Shown here: in pieces, positions 1 to 9,823 of the stretch
Numbering within the stretch: position 1 is the stretch's first letter
Layout: the number at the start of each line of letters is the position of its first letter
DNA from: an uncultured Prochlorococcus sp.
GTDB taxonomy: Bacteria; Cyanobacteriota; Cyanobacteriia; PCC-6307; Cyanobiaceae
Direction: 5' to 3'
NCBI GenBank assembly: GCA_902616595.1
Contig: CACMTJ010000001.1
Location: 114,655-178,654 of the forward strand
Length of the DNA: 64,000 bases
Made by a program: the position numbers and the translations under genes
The notes under the pieces: generated by a model
Database searches by the model: none
What the model was told of the DNA's origin: nothing
What the model saw: the letters and a program-made list of their open reading frames with translations, nothing else

Positions 1-1
1 T

Positions 2-334
2 TTCAAACTGGGTACTATAAGCAAAAGAATCCTCCAAGTTAGTATTTGATAAATCTGTTCCATCTAAAACAGCCGAGTCTAAAGTTACCTCTCTTAAGTT
101 GGAGTTACTTAAATTAGTATCTTTCAATTTTGCTCCATAAAGAGTCGCATTTTGGAGCTCACAACCTGACAAATTTGCGTCTTGTAAATCAGTCAAATAG
201 AAAGTTGCTCCTTTTAAATCAGATCCAGAAAAATCAGCCCCTACTAAAGATTGTTTACCATAATCCATCGCAGCGAAGCTTCTAGAAGGGAGGGTTAAAA
301 CAACTATTAAAAAAGTTAAAATTATAAATCTCAT
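2..334 (-). CDS. Pentapeptide-repeat protein with N-terminal signal peptide (3' end runs off the window)
   Basis: Not in the ORF track. Manual translation from ATG at 334: MRFIILTFLIVVLTLPSRSFAAMDYGKQSLVGADFSGSDLKGATFYLTDLQDANLSGCELQNATLYGAKLKDTNLSNSNL..., with A(D/N)LXX-type repeats. Confidence 0.88.
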   Translation of the reverse strand, partial: MRFIILTFLIVVLTLPSRSFAAMDYGKQSLVGADFSGSDLKGATFYLTDLQDANLSGCELQNATLYGAKLKDTNLSNSNLREVTLDSAVLDGTDLSNTNLEDSFAYSTQFE

Positions 335-441
335 TTGTTTGAGTAGTATTTCAATAAATTCTAACTTCTTAAGCTGAAATCTAAAAATTAATTATTTACT
401 GAATGCTATATTTATTGAAATAGCAAATCACGAAGTAGGTT

Positions 442-2082
442 TTGGATATAAGTCCTTATGATGCAATTGTTGTTGGTTCTGGAGCTACGGGAGGAATAGC
501 AGCACTTTCATTGGCAGAACAAGGGATCAAAGTTTTAGTAATAGAAGCAGGGCCTCAAGTTAAAAGGCATGAAGCTAGTAATCATGAGCCAAAAAGTACA
601 TTAAAAAGATTATCAGGAGTCATAACAAAAAAACATGCCAATCAGTGCCAACATCCTGGTTATTGGAAAAATAATCCTGACTTATATTCAAATGAATTGA
701 AGCATCCTTATGACTTCCCAAAAAAAAAGCCATTTCTTTGGACACAAGGTAAACAATATGGGGGGAGATCATTAACTTGGGGAGGCATAACATTAAGACT
801 TTCCTCAGAAGACTTTCAACCGGCTAAAAAAGACGGATTCGGACCAAACTGGCCTATTTCATACGAAGAAATTTCCCCGCACTACGATTTTATTGAAAAT
901 TTCTGCGGAATTTATGGACAAAAAGATGATATCAAGGAGGTCCCAAACGGTAAATATATTGGTGAAATTCCTCTTACAGAAAACGAAAATATTTTTGGCA
1001 GCAAAGTTAAATCAAAATTAAACTATCCATTTATCCAATCAAGGGGATTTGACCGTAATTCATCTGTAAAAGAAAAAAATTGGCCCAAGTCCTCTAGCTT
1101 AGGAAGCTCTTTAAAAAAAGCTTTAGATACTGGAAATGTACAAATAATCTCTAATTACTTAGTGGAGTCTTTTGAGATTAACAAGATAACAGAGCTTGCC
1201 TCAAAACTAACGATTGTAAACATAGAAAATGGACAGAAAGAAGTATTGGATTGTGATTTGATTCTTCTTTGCGCATCAACAATTTCAACACTGAGAATAC
1301 TACTGAACTCAGAATACAAATCAAATTCCTCAGGGTTTAAAGATAATTCTGGGAAATTAGGTAAATACCTAATGGATCACATATCTATCTGTAGATTTTT
1401 TTCAGTCCCAAAAGCAAAAAACTCAGATAAATCACTAGATAATCCTCCCGATCTTTCTGGGGCAGGCAGCTTCTTTATTCCTTTTGGTTCAAATTTACCA
1501 GAAATTGACGACATAAATTTCCTTAGAGGTTATGGAATCTGGGGGGCAATTGATAGATTAGGGATACCAAAATTTTTACAAAAAGACGCAAACGAATCCA
1601 TTGGCTTTCTTATCGCCCATGGTGAAGTCCTTCCTAGAGAGAAGAACTCAGTTTCTCTCTCAAGAAAAACAGATGAATGGGGAATACCAATTCCCTACAT
1701 TGAATTCGAATGGAGCGAGAATGAGTTAAATATGGCAAAACATATGGAAAAAACAATTCAAAAATCAGTCAAAGCTGCAAATGGGCAAATAAAAAATATT
1801 GATGAACTAATGAATATTCCATTAGGGAGTTTATTTACAAAAAATTTGATAGCACTTTCAAATAGTCCTCCTCCTCCTGGATATTATATTCATGAGGTAG
1901 GGGGAGCCCCAATGGGGTTAAATGAAGAAAATAGCGTAGTTGATAAATTTAATAGATTGTGGAGATGTAAGAATGTACTGGTACTAGATGGAGCATGCTG
2001 GCCCACATCATCTTGGCAAAGTCCCACACTTACAATGATGGCCTTGAGTAGAAGAGCCTGTTTAAATATTAAAAAGACTTAG
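442..2082 (+). CDS. GMC-family FAD oxidoreductase (glycoside 3-dehydrogenase-like)
   Basis: VVGSGATGG Rossmann motif, LVIEAG, GGRSLTWGG, C-terminal HEVGGAPMG and SPTLTMMALS. Confidence 0.88.
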   Translation: MDISPYDAIVVGSGATGGIAALSLAEQGIKVLVIEAGPQVKRHEASNHEPKSTLKRLSGVITKKHANQCQHPGYWKNNPDLYSNELKHPYDFPKKKPFLWTQGKQYGGRSLTWGGITLRLSSEDFQPAKKDGFGPNWPISYEEISPHYDFIENFCGIYGQKDDIKEVPNGKYIGEIPLTENENIFGSKVKSKLNYPFIQSRGFDRNSSVKEKNWPKSSSLGSSLKKALDTGNVQIISNYLVESFEINKITELASKLTIVNIENGQKEVLDCDLILLCASTISTLRILLNSEYKSNSSGFKDNSGKLGKYLMDHISICRFFSVPKAKNSDKSLDNPPDLSGAGSFFIPFGSNLPEIDDINFLRGYGIWGAIDRLGIPKFLQKDANESIGFLIAHGEVLPREKNSVSLSRKTDEWGIPIPYIEFEWSENELNMAKHMEKTIQKSVKAANGQIKNIDELMNIPLGSLFTKNLIALSNSPPPPGYYIHEVGGAPMGLNEENSVVDKFNRLWRCKNVLVLDGACWPTSSWQSPTLTMMALSRRACLNIKKT

Positions 2083-2326
2083 AGGGTGTAAATAATTGAT
2101 TTAAATAAATTTCTGAGACAGAATTATCTGTACAACCGTTTTGAACGAGAAAAGTAGCTAATGCTGAATTTATAAGCATATATTGATCCCAAGTCGGGTT
2201 ACTTAATACGAAATCTTTCATAGTGTTATAAAGAGTTTCTGAAAGCTCTGTTTCTAATGAGACCTTATTTGAAGAGCACTCTACGAATTTCTTATCAGTT
2301 AAATTTGATTGGCTGATTTGATCCAT
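2069..2326 (-). CDS. DUF2811-family small protein
   Basis: 85 aa with NPTWDQY...SALATFLVQNG signature of the cyanobacterial DUF2811 family. Confidence 0.75.
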   Translation of the reverse strand: MDQISQSNLTDKKFVECSSNKVSLETELSETLYNTMKDFVLSNPTWDQYMLINSALATFLVQNGCTDNSVSEIYLNQLFTPSKSF

Positions 2327-2546
2327 AAATTTATTTTTTTACCTCAACAATAATGATATTTTTCTCTAAAAATATCAATAAAAATCTTCTTGTAAACTTT
2401 TCAAATTATCAAATAAGACTCATGTTATAAGTAGGTTTTTAAAAAACTTCTTTTTCAAATAAGGAAATTGAATAAATCTTAAAAAAAAGTCAACAATAAT
2501 GTTGAAGTCCTGTTTTTTTTGAAAAATACTGCCATTTCTAATCCAG

Positions 2547-2588
2547 TGTGGATTTGGACGTGGAAAACAACCTGCAAATTGTGGAAAA
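2547..2588. promoter_or_regulatory. Three co-oriented DnaA-box-like 9-mers
   Basis: TGTGGATTT (2547-2555), CGTGGAAAA (2559-2567), TGTGGAAAA (2580-2588; reverse complement is TTTTCCACA). Confidence 0.5.
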
Positions 2589-2706
2589 TCTAGCTCAAAA
2601 TACTTTCACGATTTTATATTAAGAATACTTATATATACTGAGTCTATTAAGACTAAGTCGAGAAAGAGACAGGTGATTCATTATTTTCAACGGATTTTCT
2701 TAAGAT

Positions 2707-3837
2707 TTAGTCTTTTTTAGGCAAGCGAAGCGTGACAGGTCCTAAAGGGTGTTTTGAATTTGGATAAATACTATGGTGATGGTGATGATGATGGTGATTA
2801 TGTTCATGTTGATGAGCCTCTACATGGTCATGTTCTAAGTAATCACCTCCTCCTGTGTCTGATTTTTCTTGATTATGAGTTAGGATTTGATTTTGTATTT
2901 CACAGGCACCATTACATTCAGGATCACATAAATCACAGCTGATACCCAAGCCCTCTACATGGTCATGATGACTTTCTTGTACCATTCCAACTTCTTTTTC
3001 AAAGCCAAATAAATTTGATCTATACTTACAAGTTGAGCAATTCATAAAATTATTACCTTCATTATTAAGAATCTCTTCAATCCTTTCTACAAAAGTGTCG
3101 ACCACATAAGACTGTGAGGAAAGATATTTTGCATGTATAAATGAAATATTTGGATTATTAATCGCAACTAAATCACTTTGCCTTTTTATTCTTGTAACAA
3201 GGACACCTGAGAAAAGGAAATAAGGGAAAACAATTATATTTTTATAACCAAGTCTCACAACATTTTTCAAGCCAGGTTCAACAAGGGGGAAAGTTACTCC
3301 AGAAAAAACTGTTTCCCCCCACCCTAAACCAATACCCTCTACGATCATTCTCGTAATTTTTGAAACATTGGAATTCGCATCTGGGTCAGAAGAGCCTCTA
3401 CCTACAACAACTAATAATGATTCTTCAGGTTTGAGATTATTATTTTGTTTAAATACATCTTTTACTCTTTCACAAGCTGCACTAATCATTAAATTATTAA
3501 TACCTAATTCTCTTCCATAAATTATTTCAATTCCTGTTTTACTTGAATAATTCATAAGCAGACTAGGTATATCATTTTTTACATGGCCAGCAGCGAAAAG
3601 CATTGCAGGTATTGCAATTACTTTTTTTATAGAAAGATCTTTTAACTTGTCTAAAGCATCAACAATCGAAGGTTTAGCAAATTCCAAGAAACCATATTCA
3701 ACTAAAAAGTTTGGATATCTTTTTTGGATGAAATTAGTTAATTCTTGAAATTCAGTAATGGCTAGTTTATTTCTACTCCCATGTCCACAGATAAGTATCG
3801 CGACTTGATTATTTAACTTCAAATCTAAACTATCCAA
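2707..3837 (-). CDS. cbiX: Sirohydrochlorin cobaltochelatase CbiX, long form with His-rich tail
   Basis: ICGHGSR, AAGHVKNDIP, VGRGSSDPDAN, MNCSTC Fe-S motif, poly-His tail. Start moved from the track's 3918 to an in-frame TTG at 3837 to avoid overlap with the divergent gene. Confidence 0.92.
   Translation of the reverse strand: MDSLDLKLNNQVAILICGHGSRNKLAITEFQELTNFIQKRYPNFLVEYGFLEFAKPSIVDALDKLKDLSIKKVIAIPAMLFAAGHVKNDIPSLLMNYSSKTGIEIIYGRELGINNLMISAACERVKDVFKQNNNLKPEESLLVVVGRGSSDPDANSNVSKITRMIVEGIGLGWGETVFSGVTFPLVEPGLKNVVRLGYKNIIVFPYFLFSGVLVTRIKRQSDLVAINNPNISFIHAKYLSSQSYVVDTFVERIEEILNNEGNNFMNCSTCKYRSNLFGFEKEVGMVQESHHDHVEGLGISCDLCDPECNGACEIQNQILTHNQEKSDTGGGDYLEHDHVEAHQHEHNHHHHHHHHSIYPNSKHPLGPVTLRLPKKD
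2773..2796 (-). repeat. CAY trinucleotide tract encoding His8 in CbiX
   Basis: + strand reads atg gtg atg gtg atg atg atg gtg. Confidence 0.85.
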
Positions 3838-3884
3838 ATTCAAATTATTACTTATACCATAATAGTAAAGAACAATATCATGTA

Positions 3885-5165
3885 GTGAAAAATAATAATA
3901 ACTTGCTTGAAGTTCCAAATATTAACTCAAAGGATGCAAAATTAAAGAAATTAATTTATGACGTGGATGAATCCTTATTTAATGAGGATAACTATTCTTA
4001 CGAAAAATTCGAGCACCTTTGCGTGTGTAGTGGAGGTACAACTTCTAGTTGTGCAAAAAATGGTTTTACAACTCTCGATCTAAGAAAAAATCACAGCAAA
4101 ATTCATCTAGATAGAAAAACCAATTTAGTAACAATTGGAGGTGGTGTAATAATGGGGGATCTATTAAATCATTTACAAAAATATAATCGAAGTTTTCCAA
4201 TCGGACTTTCTAAACTTCCTGGAGCAGGCTATATACTCACTGGTGGAGTAAGCCCGCTTAGTAGGACCTACGGATTAGCCATTGATCATATTGAATCAAT
4301 AAAAGGTTTCTTGGGTAATGGCACATTTATTTCTTTAAAAAAAAATCAAATAAATACAAAAGAACAATTAATTTGGGAAGGAATTAAAGGAGCAGCACCC
4401 TTCTTTTCAATTATTACCGAATTAGAACTTAAGACTATCCAATCTAATTCAATTAAGGTTACTGAAGGATTTGTAAATCTAAATGAACTTACAGAAATAA
4501 TAAAACTATCAGAGGAATTTCCAGAAAATATTAGTCTTCAATGGATTTATGCCCAAAAAATTTACATATATATTTTGGCTGAACTAAAAAATAATTTAGA
4601 GGATAAAAGAACAGAAGAATGTCTAATGCTTCTAGACAAATTCCCTAGTTTAGAAAAACAATCTTATGAAAACTTTAACAAAATAAATTTCTTCCCTAAG
4701 GAATTGAATTTATATGAGCTGAATGCAAATAACCATTCTGAGGTAATTAGTCTTCTTGGAGAAGATTTAAAAAATGATATCCCAAGTTTCATAAAATGTT
4801 TGAATGAAATAATAGACAATAGACCTAATAATTCCTGTTATGTTGCTTCCCAACAACTTGGTTGCAAAACAAAAGAGTCAAATCATGGTTCAAGCTTTTT
4901 TGTTCATAGAAAAAGTACTTGGAAGCCATGGATATATGCATCATGGAAAAAAAATGATCTTAAAGAAAAAGAAGTCGCTTTGGACTGGATTTATAAATCG
5001 TGGAACGACCTAAAAAGGTTTTATCCAAATATTCACTTAGCCCAATTACATAATCATTTAAATTCTCATGAGGAAGAACTTACATTAGCTTTTGGAAATA
5101 GAATGAATGAATTAAAAACTTTAAAGAATATTTTTGACCCACAAGGTATTTTGCCTCCTTTATGA
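3885..5165 (+). CDS. FAD-binding oxidoreductase (VAO/berberine-bridge-like)
   Basis: SGG motif, VTIGGGV, GG.SPLSRTYGLAID, GIKGAAPFFSIITE, C-terminal LKNIFDPQGIL. Confidence 0.8.
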   Translation: MKNNNNLLEVPNINSKDAKLKKLIYDVDESLFNEDNYSYEKFEHLCVCSGGTTSSCAKNGFTTLDLRKNHSKIHLDRKTNLVTIGGGVIMGDLLNHLQKYNRSFPIGLSKLPGAGYILTGGVSPLSRTYGLAIDHIESIKGFLGNGTFISLKKNQINTKEQLIWEGIKGAAPFFSIITELELKTIQSNSIKVTEGFVNLNELTEIIKLSEEFPENISLQWIYAQKIYIYILAELKNNLEDKRTEECLMLLDKFPSLEKQSYENFNKINFFPKELNLYELNANNHSEVISLLGEDLKNDIPSFIKCLNEIIDNRPNNSCYVASQQLGCKTKESNHGSSFFVHRKSTWKPWIYASWKKNDLKEKEVALDWIYKSWNDLKRFYPNIHLAQLHNHLNSHEEELTLAFGNRMNELKTLKNIFDPQGILPPL

Positions 5166-5195
5166 GGTAACTTCTTAATTATAAAGAAACTTAAA

Positions 5196-6761
5196 ATGTC
5201 AAATTTCTCAAGATATTTATCTAAAAATTGGTTAGATGATCCAAAATCAAATATTCTCTCAGGCTTAGTTGTTGCTTTTGCAATGATCCCAGAAGCAATT
5301 GCTTTTTCAGGTATAGCTGGTGTAGATCCTAAAGTTGGCCTTTTTGGTGCATTTTGCTTATCTATAACAATTGCGATTGTTGGAGGGAGAAGGGGGATGA
5401 TAACTTCAGCCACAGGTTCAACAGCTCTTTTAATGACTGGACTTGTTGCTTATGGAGAATCACAAGCTCCTGGACTAGGAGTCCCATATCTTATTGCAGC
5501 TGGAATATTAACTGGAATATTCCAAATTCTTTGGGGTTATTTAAGACTTGCCTACCAAATGCGATTCGTTCCAACAGGAGTATTAAGTGGATTTGTAAAT
5601 GCACTGGCACTTTTAATATTTCAAGCACAACTGCCTCAGTTAGGAATAGGTATTAAAGAATCAAAAGGATTAATTGAACAAACTATAAGTCAATATCCAA
5701 TTAACTCTCAGATTCCAGTAGTTTGGATTCTTGTAATCCTAGGATTAGTAATTATCTATGGGCTTCCAAAAATCACAAAAGTAGTCCCATCTCAACTTAT
5801 AGCAATTGTAGTAATTACGCTTATAAGCATATTCTTTAATCTAGATGTCCCAACAGTTAGCGATTTGGGTAAATTACCTGACGGATTACCAAGCATTTCT
5901 CTTCCTTTTGGATCAATAGAAAATGGGAAAGTACCTTTAAGTCTTGAAACATTAGGGATAATTTTACCGACCTCACTCGCAATATCTCTTGTGGGTTTAA
6001 TGGAAACCTTTTTAACTCAAGACATTTTAGACGATGTAACTGATACAAGTTCTAATAAAAATAAAGAAGCAAGAGGACAGGGGATCGCAAATATTGTGGC
6101 ATCTTTATTTGGTGGAATGGCTGGATGTGCCTTAGTTGGGCAATCTGTAATGAATACTGAGAATGGTGGTAAATCTAGATTATCAACCCTCTCCTCAGGT
6201 ATGTCTCTACTAATTATGATCATCCTCTTGAAGTCTTGGATTGGAGCAATACCAATGGCTGCTTTAGTAGCAATCATGATAACGATCGCAATAAGTACAG
6301 CAGATATAAATGGATTAAAAAATATTAGAAAGATTCCTAAAAGCGATACTGCAGTCATGCTTATGACTTTTGCAGTTACTATGCTTACAAAACCTCATAA
6401 TCTTGCACTTGGAGTTATTGCAGGAGTTGCATTAGCTGCAATTCTTTTCAGCAGAAAAGTTGCAAAAGTTATAACTGTCTCAAGAGTAAAAGAAAATAAT
6501 TTAACTACCTACAAAGTAAAAGGACAATTATTTTTTGTAAGTAAAATTTATTTTTTACAAGGATTTGATATTCATGAACATCCAGAAAATATTGTAATTG
6601 ACATGTCTTTAGCGCATATTTGGGATCAAAGTGGTGTTGTTGCACTTGAGCAAATTATTAGAAAATTCCAGAATGGTGGTTCTAAAGTTGAAATTCTAGG
6701 GTTAAATAAAGAAAGTCTTAACTTATTTGAAAGACTAGGCGGTATAGAAAGCTCTCATTGA
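5196..6761 (+). CDS. SulP/SLC26 inorganic anion transporter with STAS domain
   Basis: IPEAIAFS..AGV, GGMAGCALVGQS, multiple TM segments, C-terminal GQLFF...WDQSG. Confidence 0.92.
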   Translation: MSNFSRYLSKNWLDDPKSNILSGLVVAFAMIPEAIAFSGIAGVDPKVGLFGAFCLSITIAIVGGRRGMITSATGSTALLMTGLVAYGESQAPGLGVPYLIAAGILTGIFQILWGYLRLAYQMRFVPTGVLSGFVNALALLIFQAQLPQLGIGIKESKGLIEQTISQYPINSQIPVVWILVILGLVIIYGLPKITKVVPSQLIAIVVITLISIFFNLDVPTVSDLGKLPDGLPSISLPFGSIENGKVPLSLETLGIILPTSLAISLVGLMETFLTQDILDDVTDTSSNKNKEARGQGIANIVASLFGGMAGCALVGQSVMNTENGGKSRLSTLSSGMSLLIMIILLKSWIGAIPMAALVAIMITIAISTADINGLKNIRKIPKSDTAVMLMTFAVTMLTKPHNLALGVIAGVALAAILFSRKVAKVITVSRVKENNLTTYKVKGQLFFVSKIYFLQGFDIHEHPENIVIDMSLAHIWDQSGVVALEQIIRKFQNGGSKVEILGLNKESLNLFERLGGIESSH

Positions 6762-6767
6762 AAAAAG

Positions 6768-7658
6768 TTAATTAAGACTAACTTGTTGATAACAAAACCA
6801 AAGCCATTGCTGAAAAAGCAAATTCCTATGAGATCTCCAAGCGGTTTTTGAACTATTTAGATCGAAATTTTCAGGTGGAGGAACATCTCCCTTTTCTTTG
6901 TCTCTTTCAATTTCACTAATAATTCTATGCACCGTATACTCAGGATGACCTAAATGCATAAGTTGTTTTTGATCATTAGATTCAAATATTGTATATCCAA
7001 CATTTTCTCCATAAGCCAACAAATTCAACTTTCCTTCTTTTTGGGCCTTCTCCATTTCCAAATCTGGTAATCCAGCAAATCTACTTTGAGGACAAATAAA
7101 TTCGTCATCTTGTGTACCCATCAAAGGGTGTCCAGGAACAAGACTTTTTAAAGGGAACACCCCAAATAATTTCCTATCAAAAACTTGCTTATCAACCCCT
7201 GCCAAATAAGCCAGAGCAAAGCCAGCCCAACATAATCCAAGAGTACTCGCACAAGAATTTCTGGCTTCATTTACAATTTTCACAAATTCATCCCAATACT
7301 TAACCTCCTCAAAGGCTAGGTGCTCAATAGGTGCTCCAGTAATGATGATTCCATCTAACGGTTCTGGATGATTTGCTTCTTCCCAAGTTATGTATAGATT
7401 ATTTAGATGATTAAGATCCCATGTTTTATAAGAGTGAGTTTTAAGCTTTATCCAAACTGGCTCAATTTGAAGAGGAGATAAACCAAGTGGATGTAGTAAG
7501 TTAAATTCATACTGTTTGCCAAGAGGCATGATATTTAAAATACCAATCCTAAGAGGACGTATATCCTGTCTTTTTGCCAATTCTGGTTCGATCCAAGATA
7601 TATGATTTTTCTCAACATCACTAATCTTGTGATAGTTACTAGGAATTATTAAAGCCAA
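6768..7658 (-). CDS. metA: Homoserine O-acyltransferase (MetA family, probably acetyl-specific)
   Basis: QDIRPLRIGILNIMP, ITGAPIE, catalytic CWAG, GHPEY, WRSH. Confidence 0.93.
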   Translation of the reverse strand: MALIIPSNYHKISDVEKNHISWIEPELAKRQDIRPLRIGILNIMPLGKQYEFNLLHPLGLSPLQIEPVWIKLKTHSYKTWDLNHLNNLYITWEEANHPEPLDGIIITGAPIEHLAFEEVKYWDEFVKIVNEARNSCASTLGLCWAGFALAYLAGVDKQVFDRKLFGVFPLKSLVPGHPLMGTQDDEFICPQSRFAGLPDLEMEKAQKEGKLNLLAYGENVGYTIFESNDQKQLMHLGHPEYTVHRIISEIERDKEKGDVPPPENFDLNSSKTAWRSHRNLLFQQWLWFCYQQVSLN

Positions 7659-7671
7659 TAAATCTCCTTTC

Positions 7672-9015
<1,344 letters not shown>

Positions 9016-9071
9016 CTATTATCTATTTAACTTAAAAAAGTTCAAAAAAAAAACAAAAAAAAGATAAATAT

Positions 9072-9731
9072 TTATAAATCCTTTTTTAATGAGGGGTAAT
9101 TATCTTTCATATATAAACTCAAATCCTCTTTTATCGCAGATCTGAGTTTCTCAATATTTGCAGAATCAATTATTGGAAAAGTTTTATTAGCCTCAGGATC
9201 TTTTTCAGTAATTGATTTCCAATTCTTACCTACATCTTTTTCAGAGTTGTTAAGAACCTCATCAAAATTGAAACACTTATCATTGTTCTTAGCATCAAAT
9301 TCGCTAAAAGCTTTATTTATAAGCTCTTTTCTATTTTCGAATAGATTCTTAGCTTTTAAAGTATCTGGAAGACCCATAACTGGTTGTAATTCCTTAAGAA
9401 GTTTTATTTCCTCTTCGATTAAGAGTGTCCAAACACCATATTTATTTTTTGGAAGATTAGAATTACTAAAAATATTAATTTCATTGAGGTAAAAATTTAA
9501 CCATAGATAATAAGATTTTTCTTCAATAGTTTTTTTAACAGATATCTTTTTATTTTGGATCTTTGGGAGTAACTTTTCTGCCTTCTTTAAAAACTGTCTG
9601 TCTTCTCTTTCTAAATTTATTAATCCCCATCTTTGACTGTAGTCCCATAAATCTTCGTATCTTGTTAAGTCTTCTTGATTCCAACCAAGAGCTTTAAGTT
9701 CATGAGAACGATGAGTTAATTCCTTTTTCAA
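9072..9731 (-). CDS. Conserved hypothetical protein
   Basis: Long ORF (LKALGW...RYEDLWDYSQRWGLINLEREDR). Start uncertain: in-frame TTG at 9731 preferred over the track's 9773. Confidence 0.7.
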   Translation of the reverse strand: MKKELTHRSHELKALGWNQEDLTRYEDLWDYSQRWGLINLEREDRQFLKKAEKLLPKIQNKKISVKKTIEEKSYYLWLNFYLNEINIFSNSNLPKNKYGVWTLLIEEEIKLLKELQPVMGLPDTLKAKNLFENRKELINKAFSEFDAKNNDKCFNFDEVLNNSEKDVGKNWKSITEKDPEANKTFPIIDSANIEKLRSAIKEDLSLYMKDNYPSLKKDL

Positions 9732-9823
9732 AAAAAACCTTTTAAACCATAATAATTCTAACCCTGCAATCAAGATTAGTAAATAAATTAAGAACTTTAC
9801 TTTCTAGCAAATTAGAAAAATAA

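Noticed and set aside
2754-2942. 62-aa + strand ORF with a DGDDDGD repeat
   Set aside because: Antisense shadow of the CbiX His-codon tract.
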